From positions 1,942,306-2,006,305 of the forward strand of contig NC_057754.1 in assembly GCF_004010195.1 (NCBI RefSeq): a DNA stretch of 64,000 nucleotides, read 5' to 3'. How positions within the stretch are numbered: the stretch's first letter is position 1; every line of letters starts with the position of its first letter. A program made the translations under genes and the position numbers. The notes under the pieces were generated by a model. The model worked only from the letters and a program-made list of their open reading frames with translations, made no database searches and was not told the origin of the DNA. Positions 1 to 11,512 of the stretch are shown here, one piece after another. Source of the DNA: Chiloscyllium plagiosum. Taxonomy: Eukaryota.

Positions 1-39
1 CCATCAGTGATGTCCCAAGTCCCAAATCTAACATATGCT

Positions 40-190
40 ATAGGAGCAGAATTAGGCCAATTGGCCCACTGAGTCTGCTCTGCTATTCAGTCATGGCTGA
101 TATGTTTCTCAGCCCCATTCTTCTACCTTCTCCCCGTCTGTCTTAAATACACTGAACGACTTGGCCTCCCCAACCCTCTGTGACAGATGT
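40..190 (-). mobile_element. CR1-type LINE 3' end fragment
   Basis: Its 'taggagcagaattaggcca...cagtcatggctgatatgtttctc' matches the CR1 3' termini at 23172 and 28250. Confidence 0.6.
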
Positions 191-1517
191 GCTGATTTGT
201 GATTTGGACACATTTGGCTTTCCTTACAGCCTGAAGAGCAAATGAAGAAAATTTCTCAAGCTGCCTGAGCTCCTTGCAATAATACTTCTGATGCAACTCC
301 CAAGATCTGTACAAAAACAAACTGGGGTGACTCTAATAGAATTCAGTTAACAGTATTGTACAATTATCTCATATTGTGCAAATTACAAATATTATTGCGG
401 CAGAGTACTAATAACTGGCTTATTTTATCATATTCCCTTGAAGTTTAGTGTTGGTTTGAGTAAGCCAGTGTTTTTACTTTGAGTCTTTTAATTTAAATAA
501 GATTTGAATTTTACATGTAAGTGAACAAACTGCATATTTACTGCAAGGCTGCACAGACCTCATTACAATTTGCTTTCTGCTGATTGTTTTTCCACTCTCT
601 ATATTATAAAGAAACTCTCTTTTTAATCCTTGTCTACTGATCGTATTCAGCTTTAAATTGAATACCCTGTGGTATCGATCCTTTGTGCTGTGCTGAGATC
701 CACCTTAAGAAATCGAGTTGACCCTTTAGGCTTTGAACCTTCACACTGAACAGCAAGTGATTGAATTAAATGCACAGTCCTGATATTTTAAAAAAAAGAT
801 AGTGTGTACCTAATGAGCAGCATTCGCCTCTATTTGATCCCGAACTGCTATAGATACTGCCCTGTTAGTTTAAAGACTGAAAAGAGGATTATTATATGTG
901 AGAGAAGACTGGATTGGTGATTATGATAAGACTTCGGAGTATCCTAGGCTGTTATCAGTAGCAAAGAAGTATCAAGGGTAGCAAACACAGAATCCCAGCA
1001 CAGTCTTTTTAGGAGGAGATTTTGGAAGTTTTTTTTAATCTTTTGAGTGCTGTACTTAAAAATTTGTTTCAAACTGTTTCTGTTTCTGAAGGTGCCCTCT
1101 AAATGTCATCAAATTCAACTTCTCATGGAATGTTCAGTAAGTGCACCAATTTTATTTGGCCAGTTTCTAATTATATCCATTTTCTCTGGCTACAAGGTGA
1201 AGTAGGCTCAATGCTGGTCTTCAAAAACCACAAAAAAAGCAGTAGCTTGTACATGTATCATTGCAAACATCTCCAGGTGTTTATACAAAGCAAGATGAAT
1301 GTCTCCTCTGCTGCACGTAAGAGTCTAAATGAAATTACATGTTAACCAGTTCATCGTGGACATGGACTTACAGCATTAAACCCACCTTAATTTAACACAA
1401 AGTTAGCACATTCACTGAGAACGTGAGAGAAAAATGTGTAGTACATTGGTCTTTGTTATGCTTAATGGACATCAAAACTAAGATATGTTATTGAAACAAT
1501 ATCAGTAAAGATTCAAT

Positions 1518-1698
1518 CTGTATCTAACTCTGTGCTGTACCTGTCATGGAAGTGTTTGATAGGAACAGTGTAGAGGAAGCTTCACTCTGTATCTAACCTT
1601 GTGTGGTACCTGTCCTGCGAGTATTCAATGGGGACTGTGTAGAGGAAGCTTTACTGTATATCTACCTCTGCGATGTGCCCACTCTGGGATATGTTGAT
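1518..1698. repeat. 69-bp tandem repeat, about 2.6 diverged copies
   Basis: The unit 'ctgtatctaac...tgtagaggaagcttYact' restarts at 1518, 1587 and 1656, a spacing of 69. Confidence 0.85.
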
Positions 1699-2479
1699 AC
1701 TGACTTAAATAGAATATTCATCAATCCAACAGTACCATCCTTGATGAGCATACAAAACAAATGTTATAATGATACTTCTTTTGTAATTTTGGCAGTACAA
1801 TGGTTAAACAAAATAACCAAGCTAGCAGGGTAAAGAAAAATGTAGGTTACTGCTGTCTAGAGAGTAGTTTATTGTAACCTAAATATAGGTTTGTGCTTGT
1901 GAGAGGTTGAAATTGGAATTCCTTTTTCTTTTTTCATATTTCATTCATTATCCGGCATTATAATTTATTTCTCTTCCTTCTGTGGGTCTCTCTGGGGCCC
2001 ACAGCTGAGACTGAACAATCTTCTCCTGAAACTGTGCTTTAACCTGCCTTGACATCATCAAATAGACTTTCTGCCCCATCACTAACATGGAGGAAATGCA
2101 GAGCATCTCAACCCCAACTCACCCCATGGCTTCCCTGGCAACTGCACATGGATTTAATCGATGAACTCAGCTAATGGTGTAGTAATAACTTTCATTTACC
2201 TTTCTTGTTCCAGTTCCAGTTCCCCCTTCTGAAACCTAAATAAAATTTACTGCAAAGACAGCAGCCATTCTGACCATCTGGTGTATACTGATCCAAATAT
2301 TCCATGGATCTCCACCCAGCCGCCTTGACCTAACAATATCAGACTCTGGGTCTTCCTTTATTTATTATGGGAAATGAAAAATTGCTGGCAAGGCCCACAT
2401 TTATTACCAATGTCTAAATGCTCTTGAGAGCATGGTAATGAGCCACCATATTATTGCTCTCCATTTGGTGTGGGTGAAA

Positions 2480-2820
2480 GCTGGCAACATAGTGGTAATA
2501 TGACTGAAGTAGTAATCCAGAGGTCCAGGTTAATGCTCTGAGGACAAAGTTCACATCCAAACACAGCAGCTGTAGGAATTTAAATTCAGTTGATAAATTT
2601 GGAATATAATAATGTGAACCATAATTGTATTTTAAAGCTCAGCAGGTCTACTAATGTTATTCAGGGAAGAAAATCTGCCATTTTTAATTGTTCTGGCCGA
2701 GTTTGTTCTGTGACTCTAAACCGTAGTGCAATATGTTGGCTCTTAATGGCACTTTGTAATGGCAAGTGGGTAATTAGGGATGGGAAACAAATGTTGACAT
2801 TGCCAGTGACACATTCCTTT
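2480..2820 (+). mobile_element. tRNA-headed SINE-like element with CR1-type 3' tail
   Basis: The head 'atagtggtaatatgactgaagtagtaatccagagg...gttcacatcc' is A/B-box-like. The tail 'gggtaattagggatggg..aaatgttgacattgccagtgac' matches LINE 3' ends at 21577, 32345 and 38805. Confidence 0.6.
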
Positions 2821-3394
2821 GCCTGGCTAAGCTTCACTCTGAAGAACTTTGCTTTTAACTCATTTCACTTTCTTTAAGTCAAAAGGATGGCCATAGGTAC
2901 CTGCATAGGTTGCAGTTATACCTGTCCCTTTGTAGGGTATGTGGGGCACTCTTTGTTCCAGTCCTACTTCAGCCCCAACCCATAACTCTATCTCCACTAT
3001 AGTAATGATTTCCCTCTTTCGTCTGGAATTAGAAAAGTTTATCAATTTTACTTTCAATTTCTATTTCTAGGGATAGGCTGACCACCAATATCCACTACAA
3101 ACCCACCGACTCTGACAGTTACCTTGACTATACATCCTCACACCCCACGACCTGTAAAGATTCTATTCCATTCTTCCAGTTCCTCCATCTCCGTCATGTC
3201 TGTTCTGATGATGCCAACTTCGACAAAGGGATCTCCAAAATGTTCCACCTTCTTCCTTAACTGAGGATTTCCCAGCACTGTATTTGACAGGGCCCTTGGC
3301 CTGCTCTGACCCATTTCCTGCACTTGAGCCCTCACCCCCATCTCATCCCTCCCACAATAGTGCTAGTGTCCCCCTTGTCCTCACCTACTATCCT

Positions 3395-3601
3395 CGAGGA
3401 GAAAGTGAGGACTGCTGATGCTGGAGATCAGAGCTGAAAATGTGTTGCTGGAAAAGCGCAGCAGATCATGCAGCATCCAAGGAGCAGGAGAATCGAAGTT
3501 TCGGGCATGAGCCTGAAGAAGGGCTCATGCCCGAAACGTCAATTCTCCTGCTCCTTGGCTGCTGCCTGACCTGCTGCGCTTTTCCAGTAACACATTTTCA
3601 G
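3395..3601. mobile_element. Fold-back PLE 3'-end insertion (HHR family A)
   Basis: Inverted arms of about 80 bp meet near 3512. The 15-bp TSD is ctcacctac(t/c)atcct at 3380-3394 and 3602-3616. Confidence 0.85.
3513..3540 (+). ncRNA. Minimal hammerhead ribozyme core (family A)
   Basis: Sequence is CTGAAGA-A-GGGC-TCAT-GCCC-GAAA-CGTC. The 5' arm of helix I is lost at the inversion junction. Confidence 0.7.
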
Positions 3602-4332
3602 CTCACCTACCATCCTACTAGCATCCACATCCAGAGGTCTATTGCCACCATTTCTGCCACCTCCAGTGGAATACCATCACCAGACACACATTTCCCTTCC
3701 CTTCCCTTGGCAACCTTCCACCTGGTCCAGTCCTCCTTCACTCCCAATACTCCTCCACAGCCCCACGACACCTTTCTCTGTAACCGCAGAAGATGTAACA
3801 CATGTCTGTTTACTTTCTCTCTCCTCAGTATCCAGTAGCCCAAATACACTTTCCAGATGAATCAATGCTTTACCTGCACTTCACTCAAACTAGTCTACTG
3901 CATTCATTGCTCACAATGTGATCGTCTCTACATTGGGGAAAAGAAGTGTAGATTGGGTGACCATCTCACAGAACACCTATGTTCTGTCTGCAAAAAAGAC
4001 CCTGAACTGCCAATTGAACACTCTGCCTTTTTCCCTGCCCAACATCTCTGTCTTAGGCTTGCTGCAGTCCTCCAGCGAAGCTCAGCACAAGCTGGAAGAA
4101 CAGTGCTTCATTTTCCGCTTGGGAACTGTACAACCTTCTGTACTCCGTGTTGAGTTCAATAATTTTAGGGCTTGAGGAACCTTCTCCTATTTATTCTCCT
4201 TGTCTGACTGTTGTCCACTCCTTTGTCTGTCCAACTGTTCCCCTTTCATTGGACTCTCTCTCCACCTATCATTTACTCCTTACCCCCTTTGTCCACCCTA
4301 ACTTATGCATAAAATGCTTTTCCCTAGCTACC

Positions 4333-4366
4333 CTGAAGAAGAGTCATTGGACCTGAAACATTAACT
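4333..4366 (+). ncRNA. Degenerate minimal hammerhead core (family B) at a PLE 3' end
   Basis: Sequence is CTGAAGA-AGAGTC-ATTG-GACCT-GAAA-CATT-AACT. Helix II is mutated relative to the copies at 20740 and 55414. Confidence 0.5.
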
Positions 4367-6925
4367 CTAATTTCTCTCCACAGATGCTACCAGACCTGCT
4401 GAGTTTTTCCAGCAATTTCTGTTTTTGTTTCTGATTTCCAGCATCTGCAGTCATTTATTTTTTGATTTGCTGGGCTTTCAGGTTTGGTATGGAAACCAGA
4501 TCAGAGATGAAACTAGAAAGTTCCTGAGTTTTGTGACAGAAGGGTTTTCCTCCAAATGGCACACTGTGGAGGTATATATGTGGGCCACAGAGAGGAATAG
4601 ATTCCAACTTGTCTCCTGTTTGTTATTAATGAGTTAATCTCAGTTGAAGAAACAGTTGAGAGGCTATATTTGGTATCTACACACAAGAATGGATGAGAGG
4701 AAAGCCAGCTAAAGCCTCATATTGATTGATATTGTAGGTTTGGGGCATGTCTCATCAGGACAAGCTCCAGTCTGGGAGTAATTGTCGTCATTGCCAAGGT
4801 GACTGGTTAGTTAAGTTGTCCATACAGCTAGTAAGTGGGTCTGATTAATGCCAAAGATATGGCAATATGACTTCCCGTTCCAGTTGAAGCAGATTTAGGG
4901 GCCTGACTATTCGGGCCTAATCTTAAAAATGTCATGGCAGTTAGCCATGGTTAGGTCAATAAAGACCTGCCTTTGGTCAGACAGCAGGAGAAAAGATATG
5001 ATGTATTTAATTAACGTGAATTTAAAATGAAACACAGTGACTTGAAACTACAGGAGTTTAATGGAGCATGTGAGTCACTAGTTTCTTTCGAAATGGAATT
5101 GAAAGCTAATCCCAAATGTTGGGTATTTATGAAATATAATCAATTTTCATCACAATGTAATTTATACACTTTGCACTGAGGTTAGCAGGAAGACGTCTGC
5201 TGCATTGTATCCCATCATTCCCAGGTGCTGCACAGTTTTGGTTTGTGGTTTGGAAGGCAGCAATCCTCTGTAGTTTTCACACTCATCTTTGATGACTTGG
5301 TTCTCGTATTGTCAGCAGCTTCAGCAGGCAGAATTTTCTGCGCTTCACTGCTTCTGTGAAGAGCAGGTGCCACAGGGTAATTCACTGAAAAGTAGAGGAA
5401 ACTTAATTACAGGATGAGAAACCTTTGGTTGAATGTTTCAAACAAGTTACAAAGTTAACAGAGATTTGGTAGAATCAATAGCACTGGATCTTTGACATGG
5501 ATTTGGATAGTGCCACTCCAAAGGCCTTGAAAGCAAACTTGAGTTTTGTGGAATTGTTTAGCAGATTTTGCTTTGCCGAAGGGACTGATTGTATTTGCAT
5601 AGACAAAAGTGTCATTCATGAATTAGTGCCTGCAGAGAGCACAGTCAGAAATTGAGGCCAAGAAAAGCTCACTGTTATGGCCATTACATCTTACATTTTT
5701 ATTCAGTATTGGGGAGCAATGTGAAAATTTACTTAAGACACGAGGATGTGTGCAGATGTTCTGGATCTTGTATCAAATGAATAGGTTATGATTATATCTG
5801 GATATAGTGGAGAAATAGTTCTTTATTTGAGCCATGTTGTCAAGACTATCTTTTTTGTGTTTTTTTTTAAATTGTGAACAGGACTGAAATGAGAACTAAC
5901 TTGTTTAAAACCAGAGCTTTGCAAGGATTGCTGCATATTGTGAAAAGCAAATAACCAGACCCTCATGGCAGGCATCATTTGGACAGCTGCTTGAACCAAC
6001 TATAATTTAAGTTTAGGTTGCAGCTGAACTGGAACTGTGAGGGGACAAATACAGATGCAGCTTTGGTTGGCAACAAGGAGTTGATGGATCTATGGACTAG
6101 TGACCAATTATTGTCCACAAAGGCATTTTGCCTGCCAGCAACTGTGAGATTGGTTCTTGGGTAACTATACAGCTTGGAGCTGGGTACAAGATACGGAGAG
6201 AAATGTTCAGATATCAAATAGCTCAGGTACTGTCTCTCTGTTCTCTGCAGTCAAAACTCCCTTTAAACCTGAAAAGAAGGTTTAGTTTTCCTTAACAGTT
6301 GCTGTAAGTTGTGACTTTTTCAACTGAAAAGGTAGAGACCACTTTAAGAGCACCACCCACCCTATGCCTCTTGCAAACCAGTGGAAGCACTCAGAAATAA
6401 AAGGCTGAGAAGAAACCTTCTAATGAGCAAAAACAATTTCAACAGATGTTATGAACTACTGAACTACTTTCCCAATTTTCTTCCATCCATTTTCCTTCCT
6501 TACCTGCATCTATCTGACTGTCTGTCTGTGTATAAGGGGGAGTTTACAAGGAAATAAAGTTTGAATTGGTGGTGTTCTATGCCGATGAGTTATAACCGTT
6601 TACTTGTAGCTACAGTCTAATTACTTGTAATAAATAGTAATTTGGGTGGCACGGTTGCTCAGTGGTTAGCACTGCTGCCTGACAGCACCAGAGACCTGGG
6701 TTCAATTTCACCCTTGGACGACTGTCTGTGTGGAGTTTGCACATTCTCCCTGTGTCTGCGTGGGTTTCCTCCCAGTGCTCTGGTTTCCTCCCACAGTCCA
6801 AAGGTGTGCAGGTTTTGGTGAATTGTCCATGCTAAATTGGCTATAATGTTAGGTGCATTAGTTGGAGAGAAATGGGTCTAGATGGATTACTCTTTGGAGG
6901 GTCGGTGTGGACTTGGGCCAAATGG

Positions 6926-7057
6926 AGGAGAAAGTGAGGTCTGCAGATGCTGGAGATCAGAGCTGGAAATGTGTTGCTGGAAAAGCGCAGCAGGTCAGGC
7001 AGCATCCAGGGAACAGGAGAATCGACGTTTCGGGCATAAGCCCTTCTTCAGGAAGGG
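6926..7057 (-). mobile_element. PLE 3'-end insertion (HHR family A) inside the SINE
   Basis: Perfect 14-bp TSD cttgggccaaatgg at 6912-6925 and 7058-7071. A stub of an inverted arm, 'gaagggctt', sits at the junction. Confidence 0.85.
7024..7051 (-). ncRNA. Minimal hammerhead ribozyme core (family A), intact
   Basis: The minus strand reads ttc-CTGAAGA-A-GGGC-TTAT-GCCC-GAAA-CGTC-gat. Confidence 0.75.
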
Positions 7058-8099
7058 CTTGGGCCAAATGGCCTGTTTCTAACTGTAGGGAATCTAATCT
7101 TAAGTACAAAAACCTGGTCTGTGCTTTCTGCCAACTTGGGTCTGAAAATCAGGTAAGTGGGGGAATTTTGTGTACTTAATTTAAAACCTTTAACAGTTTT
7201 AATGGCTGTGGGAATAGCGGAGCTTGATTTCCAGCACACTACTCCAGTGAGCTGTGACAACATCAGTTAATATAGAAATAAGCTATTGCTTTTTAGGTAG
7301 AAGCATCTCTAAGCATGTGTCAGCTTTGACTCAATGGAGCTTGAGCGCACCATCTAGACGAGAAGTTCTCAGCCAGCATGCTGCAAGGTGAGAAGTATGA
7401 GTCGCAAAATACTCAGGAAGCAGTGCTGCTTCGCATAAATCTTTGATGCCACATATGCTTGGACATTCATTCCTGCACATGTATGGAAGATGGGAAGTTT
7501 ACTTGTTATGCAACTTGCTTCCACATGTGCAGGCACAATATCAAGGATCATATCTCCAGAATGGGAAGAAACTGTGCATGTGTAGTGAAGAGGTGCCCAG
7601 TTGTTGAACAACCGTTGAATCAGCCTGCCACATTCGAACAGATTTAAAGGTGAATGCTTTTGGAAGTTTTTTAAAATTAGGCCACTGATTTAAGTCTTAG
7701 AATAGATTCTGAAAAGAAATTGCTAAGCTTTCCTGTCAAAGAGATGATTCCTCTTCTAATTCCTCATCAGTTGATGAAATGTCAGAACATAAAAAAAACT
7801 ATTCAAAGGTAGTCCAATGAGCTATCTGGCCTTAGGATTTTATCACTTGCCCCTTCCCTCAATGTCGCATCTGCAGAGAGAATTTGGCAATTAGTTGAGT
7901 TGGGCAGATTTTGAAAATGTGTCTGTTCTCACAGTCAAAGATGGTGTATACTTTTCTCATTAAAAGAAAAATCAATTTTCACAGATGCTAAAGCTGTTTT
8001 GTCTCATCTTTGCAGACCAAGATGAACAACCATTGAAATTTGGCATTCCCTGTAGTTGCAAAAACCAAAGACATTTCTTAATCATACTGGACACTATTG

Positions 8100-9200
8100 G
8101 ACAATATTTATATGCATTCAGGCAGTGCGAGGGTCTGATAACCAAACAGACTTATGTTAAACCTTGGTAGAAATAACTTGGACAATGGTCTTTCTCCATT
8201 GTGCCTTGGTGGCAGTTGCTCCAGGTTTTAACGCATCCCTCAGCACAAAAGTCCAGGACCTCGAATGTGCCAGTCTGCAGCACCCGGTCGAGGTCAACTC
8301 TTTACGCTGGAAGATCAACAAGTGTTGGACAGACCAAAGAGCATCTTTCACCGAGCCGATGATCCTCCAAACTCAGACGATGATGTGCATTCCAGAGAAC
8401 AGACTGTAGAGCACAGAGTCCCGTATCACGGAGATGCTGGGACGAATCTCGACAAAAACCATTGCATCTTTCTCTAGATTTCCTTTGCAAAGGCACATTC
8501 CAGAAGGAAATGTGTGAGAGCTTTTCACCAAGCACAGCCACTTCAAGGTCAGTGGTGGTGCACAGAGATCTGGCAAATGTGGAGGATCTGACAGGCAATG
8601 TCCTTCTCACTGCCAGCTAAGCTACATCTTGGTGCATGTTGGAAAGTTCTTGCAATGGGGAACCATGTGACATGATCCACCCTCTCTTTTTCCCACAGGG
8701 TCTCGAGGACACTCTCTTTGCAACTTTTTCCATGAAGATCAGGTTAAACGGAATTGTCCAACTACTTGGAACCAGATTCACCCTTCACAACACTGGGGAC
8801 AGGTAGCGCCTCATTACGTGGTGACACTTGGTGTTTGCGTACTGAAGGTCTACAGACAGCTAGATGCAGCCACACACAAAGATATCATCAATATGAGGGC
8901 AGCAATGAGTACATGTTTTCCCCACCTTATCCAGAGTTTTGCAAATGGTGACCTTGTCGACACGAACCATGAAGTGGAAGATGGCTCGGGTGACTGCAGC
9001 AGCACAGACTTGGGGAATGGGCCAGATCTGCGCCACGCACAATAACAGAGTACCTCACACCTGTTGACCAGGCTTTTACCTGCAATGGAGAGGGAGCAGT
9101 GCTCCCATAAGCCCAGTGTCTGCCTTACCTTGGCAATATGCTCCTCCCAGGTTTGCCACTTGCCCCAGCCCTGACTCCTCCTAACCATGTTCCCAGCACC
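8100..9200 (-). mobile_element. Tx1-type (L1 clade) LINE ORF2 3' fragment, decayed
   Basis: Post-RT motifs 'WEEHIAKVRQTLGLWEHCSLSIAGKSLV', 'VAQIWPIPQVCAAAVTRAIFHF...LDKVGK' and 'RRTLPVRS' precede a zinc-knuckle region. The frame is shifted. Confidence 0.8.
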
Positions 9201-9239
9201 TTCAGGTAATCTGTCCTGACAGTGAAGGGGATAAAGGAT

Positions 9240-9590
9240 TGGTCAGCTCAGTTCTCAAAGAACATAGTATGCCTTCGTATTGAAAAGGTCGGTAACCACA
9301 GATCTCGGCTAATCTTATGTGGTTTTTCAATGAGGTGTTAAACCAAGGTCCTGCCTGCACTAGGTGAGTGTGAACAATCCCATGGTATTCAAAGAAGAGC
9401 AGGGGAGCTCTGCTACTGTTGTGAATTGACATCAACCTCTCAACTAGCACAAAAACATTATGGGACTGTCATCATATTACCGTTTGTCATCTAAATTGGC
9501 TATCTTGTTTATCTGCGTAATAGACCCACATGAATTGTATTGCAGAGTGCGTCCTGAGATGTGAAAGGTACTGTGCAAATGCATGCTGTT
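9240..9590 (+). mobile_element. Deu-domain SINE (SacSINE1/AmnSINE1-like), old
   Basis: 'atgaggtgttaaaccaaggtcctgcctgcactaggtg..aatcccatggtattcaaagaagagcagggg' resembles the Deu core as I recall it. The tail 'gtcctgagatgtgaaaggtactgtgcaaatgca' is L2-like. Confidence 0.6.
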
Positions 9591-10269
9591 TTTGTTTTAT
9601 TGCATACACCGTGTAGTATTGTGTGAATGATTATCAAAGTTATACTGGACCTGGAATGTTAAACTTTGTTTCTCTCTCAGCAGAATTGCAAACCTGGCTC
9701 ATTTTCTCCCTGTTTCTATTTCAAATGTGCAGTTTTTTTGTTTTTATTATATGTATATTATGACAGTTTGATATTGGTTGGACGGTACAAGGGTACTTGA
9801 ATTTGTCGAGATTCAAGTACTCCATCCTTGTAACTAGCTCCTTTCCTGCCATTCTGGTTTAAGCTTCACTGAATTTCTTTGCCCCAGAAATAAGCTCTGG
9901 AATTCCTTTGCAACATTTGTCTGCCTCTCTCTTTATCATACAATCACAAAGGTGTTGTGGTGTGGCTGGAGACCATTTGTTTGCACAGACAAAGTGTTAC
10001 TTAAAACCTGTCTTTGTAAGCAAGTTTTGGACACCTGTACCTAATAATTCTGACATGGTTCTGTGTCAGATTTGAGACCTTGTGGCACAGTGGTAATGTC
10101 CCTACCTCTCTTCCAGAAGATCTGGGTTCAATTTCCATCTGCCCTAGAAGTTTGTCACAGCATGAGCAGTTTTGGGCCCTTACCATATAATGGCATTTCA
10201 GGCAGTCTAGAGTCGGTTCACTCAACTGAAAACAGATATGGAGGGACTGTCTTAGGAGGGGAGATTGTG

Positions 10270-10688
10270 TAAATGGGTCCATACTTTCTGGAATATAGAA
10301 GGATAAGAGTCAGCCGTATTGAAATATACAAGATTCTTAGTGGAATTGATATAGGTGTGGAAAGTTGGCCTTCCTTTATGGGAGAGCAAAGTGAAGTTGA
10401 GGGTTTTCAGATCTTATTGAATGGTGGACAGACTCGATGGGCTGAATGGCTCCACTCCTATGTTTTCTGTCAGAGGGTGGTGTGTGTATGGAATGAGCTG
10501 CCAGAGGAAGTGGTGGAGGCTGGTACAATGACAACATTTAAAAGGCATCTGGATGGGTATGTGAATAGGAAGGGTTTAGAGCTGGCCAAGTGCAGGCAAT
10601 GGGACTGGATTAATTTAGGATATCTAGTCGGCGTGGAAGAGTTGGACTGAAAGATCTGTTTCCATGATGTACATCTCTATGAATCTAT
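10270..10688 (+). mobile_element. Two adjacent CR1 3' fragments
   Basis: 'EIYKILSGID' and 'QRVVCVWNELPEEVVEAGTMTTFKRHLDGY' are followed by the CR1 3' UTR. Confidence 0.85.
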
Positions 10689-11512
10689 AATGGTCTTTTG
10701 TCCAAACTGGTTCATTAAAAAATCACTTGTATCAGATTTTATCTGATAATTTCTTTGTTGAAATACAGTGAATGTTTTGCTAGGTTAAATCTAAATGGTT
10801 GTCCTCTTTTCAGTAGAATATTGGATACAGTGTACTGAACGAGCTTTGCGTCATAACTCAGTATGGAACACTACATTCCGAAACCTTGACACAGTTGAGA
10901 CACTCGTTTGGTGAACTCGAGCCTTTAAGTGCAGTTGAATCTGAGACATTTTGCAAACACCATTCTGGGTCCGAAATTGAAATTCTAGCACAGTGGCTTT
11001 ACTGATTCTTGATGCATTCTCCAGTTCCAAGCACTCACTAAAGAAATATGTTCTGCTTGATAGTGATAAACATTCATTTTATATAAGAGTAACTGACTAT
11101 TAAAAGCAATCAAAAATAACTTTTCTTAGAGTTAATGGTACATCCATGTCTCTTTGTGAGACTTTCCTCATCCTCTCACTTATTATTTATGACACTAGGT
11201 TTTAGATGATAGATTTGGACTTATTTTCGCATGTACTCAAGTACAGAGGTACAAAGGTGCCTAGGTACAAAATCTTCGGTACAAAGATAGAAAAATGAAG
11301 AGGTAAGTTAAAAAGTTCAACGCTACAGTTCTTCTTAGTTAAAAGTAGAACAATAAAGAAATGAACTTAAAAGTTAAACATTACAGTCCTTTCTTAAACT
11401 GTAGGCCTACAAAAACTCCATGCTGGGCATTCCCCATGAGGGCTTGTTCTCCCCTGCGCTGGGCATGCTTTCACTGGTGCTGGGCAAAGTTTTTTACCTG
11501 GGCTCTCCAGCT

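Larger units (their letters stand above)
2820..4455 (+). mobile_element. Decayed 5'-truncated Penelope-like retroelement (RT C-terminal part, GIY-YIG endonuclease, 3' end with degenerate HHR)
   Basis: RT-like 'TLKNFAFNSFHFL' lies near 2840-2875. The GIY-YIG region reads 'CFTCTSLKLVYCIHCSQCDRLYIGEKKCRLGDHLTEHL' (3857) and 'KLEEQCFIFRLGTVQPSVLRVEFNNFR' (3918). There are stops and frameshifts, and a younger insertion interrupts it at 3395-3601. Confidence 0.9.
6644..7100 (+). mobile_element. HE1-type V-SINE (tRNA head, V core, CR1-like tail)
   Basis: tRNA-like head 'gggtggcacggttgctcagtggttagcactgctg...gggttcaat', V-core 'gtgtggagtttgcacattctccc...ggtttcctcccacagtccaaag' and an aatct tail. Confidence 0.9.
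5838..7259 (+). mobile_element. Possible solo LTR, interrupted by a SINE
   Basis: It has TGTCA...TGACA termini, extendable to the 9-bp inverted repeat atgttgtca/tgacaacat, and AATAAA near 6629. No direct TSD was found. Confidence 0.35.

Noticed and set aside
6644..6720. tRNA genes (also 15063-15135 and 53085-53159)
   Set aside because: These are tRNA-derived SINE heads that run straight into the V-SINE core.
10814..10910. Possible exon after the acceptor 'cctcttttcagtag' with two open frames
   Set aside because: Donors are weak (gtgaac, gtatgg), the peptides are unrecognised and no partner exon was found.
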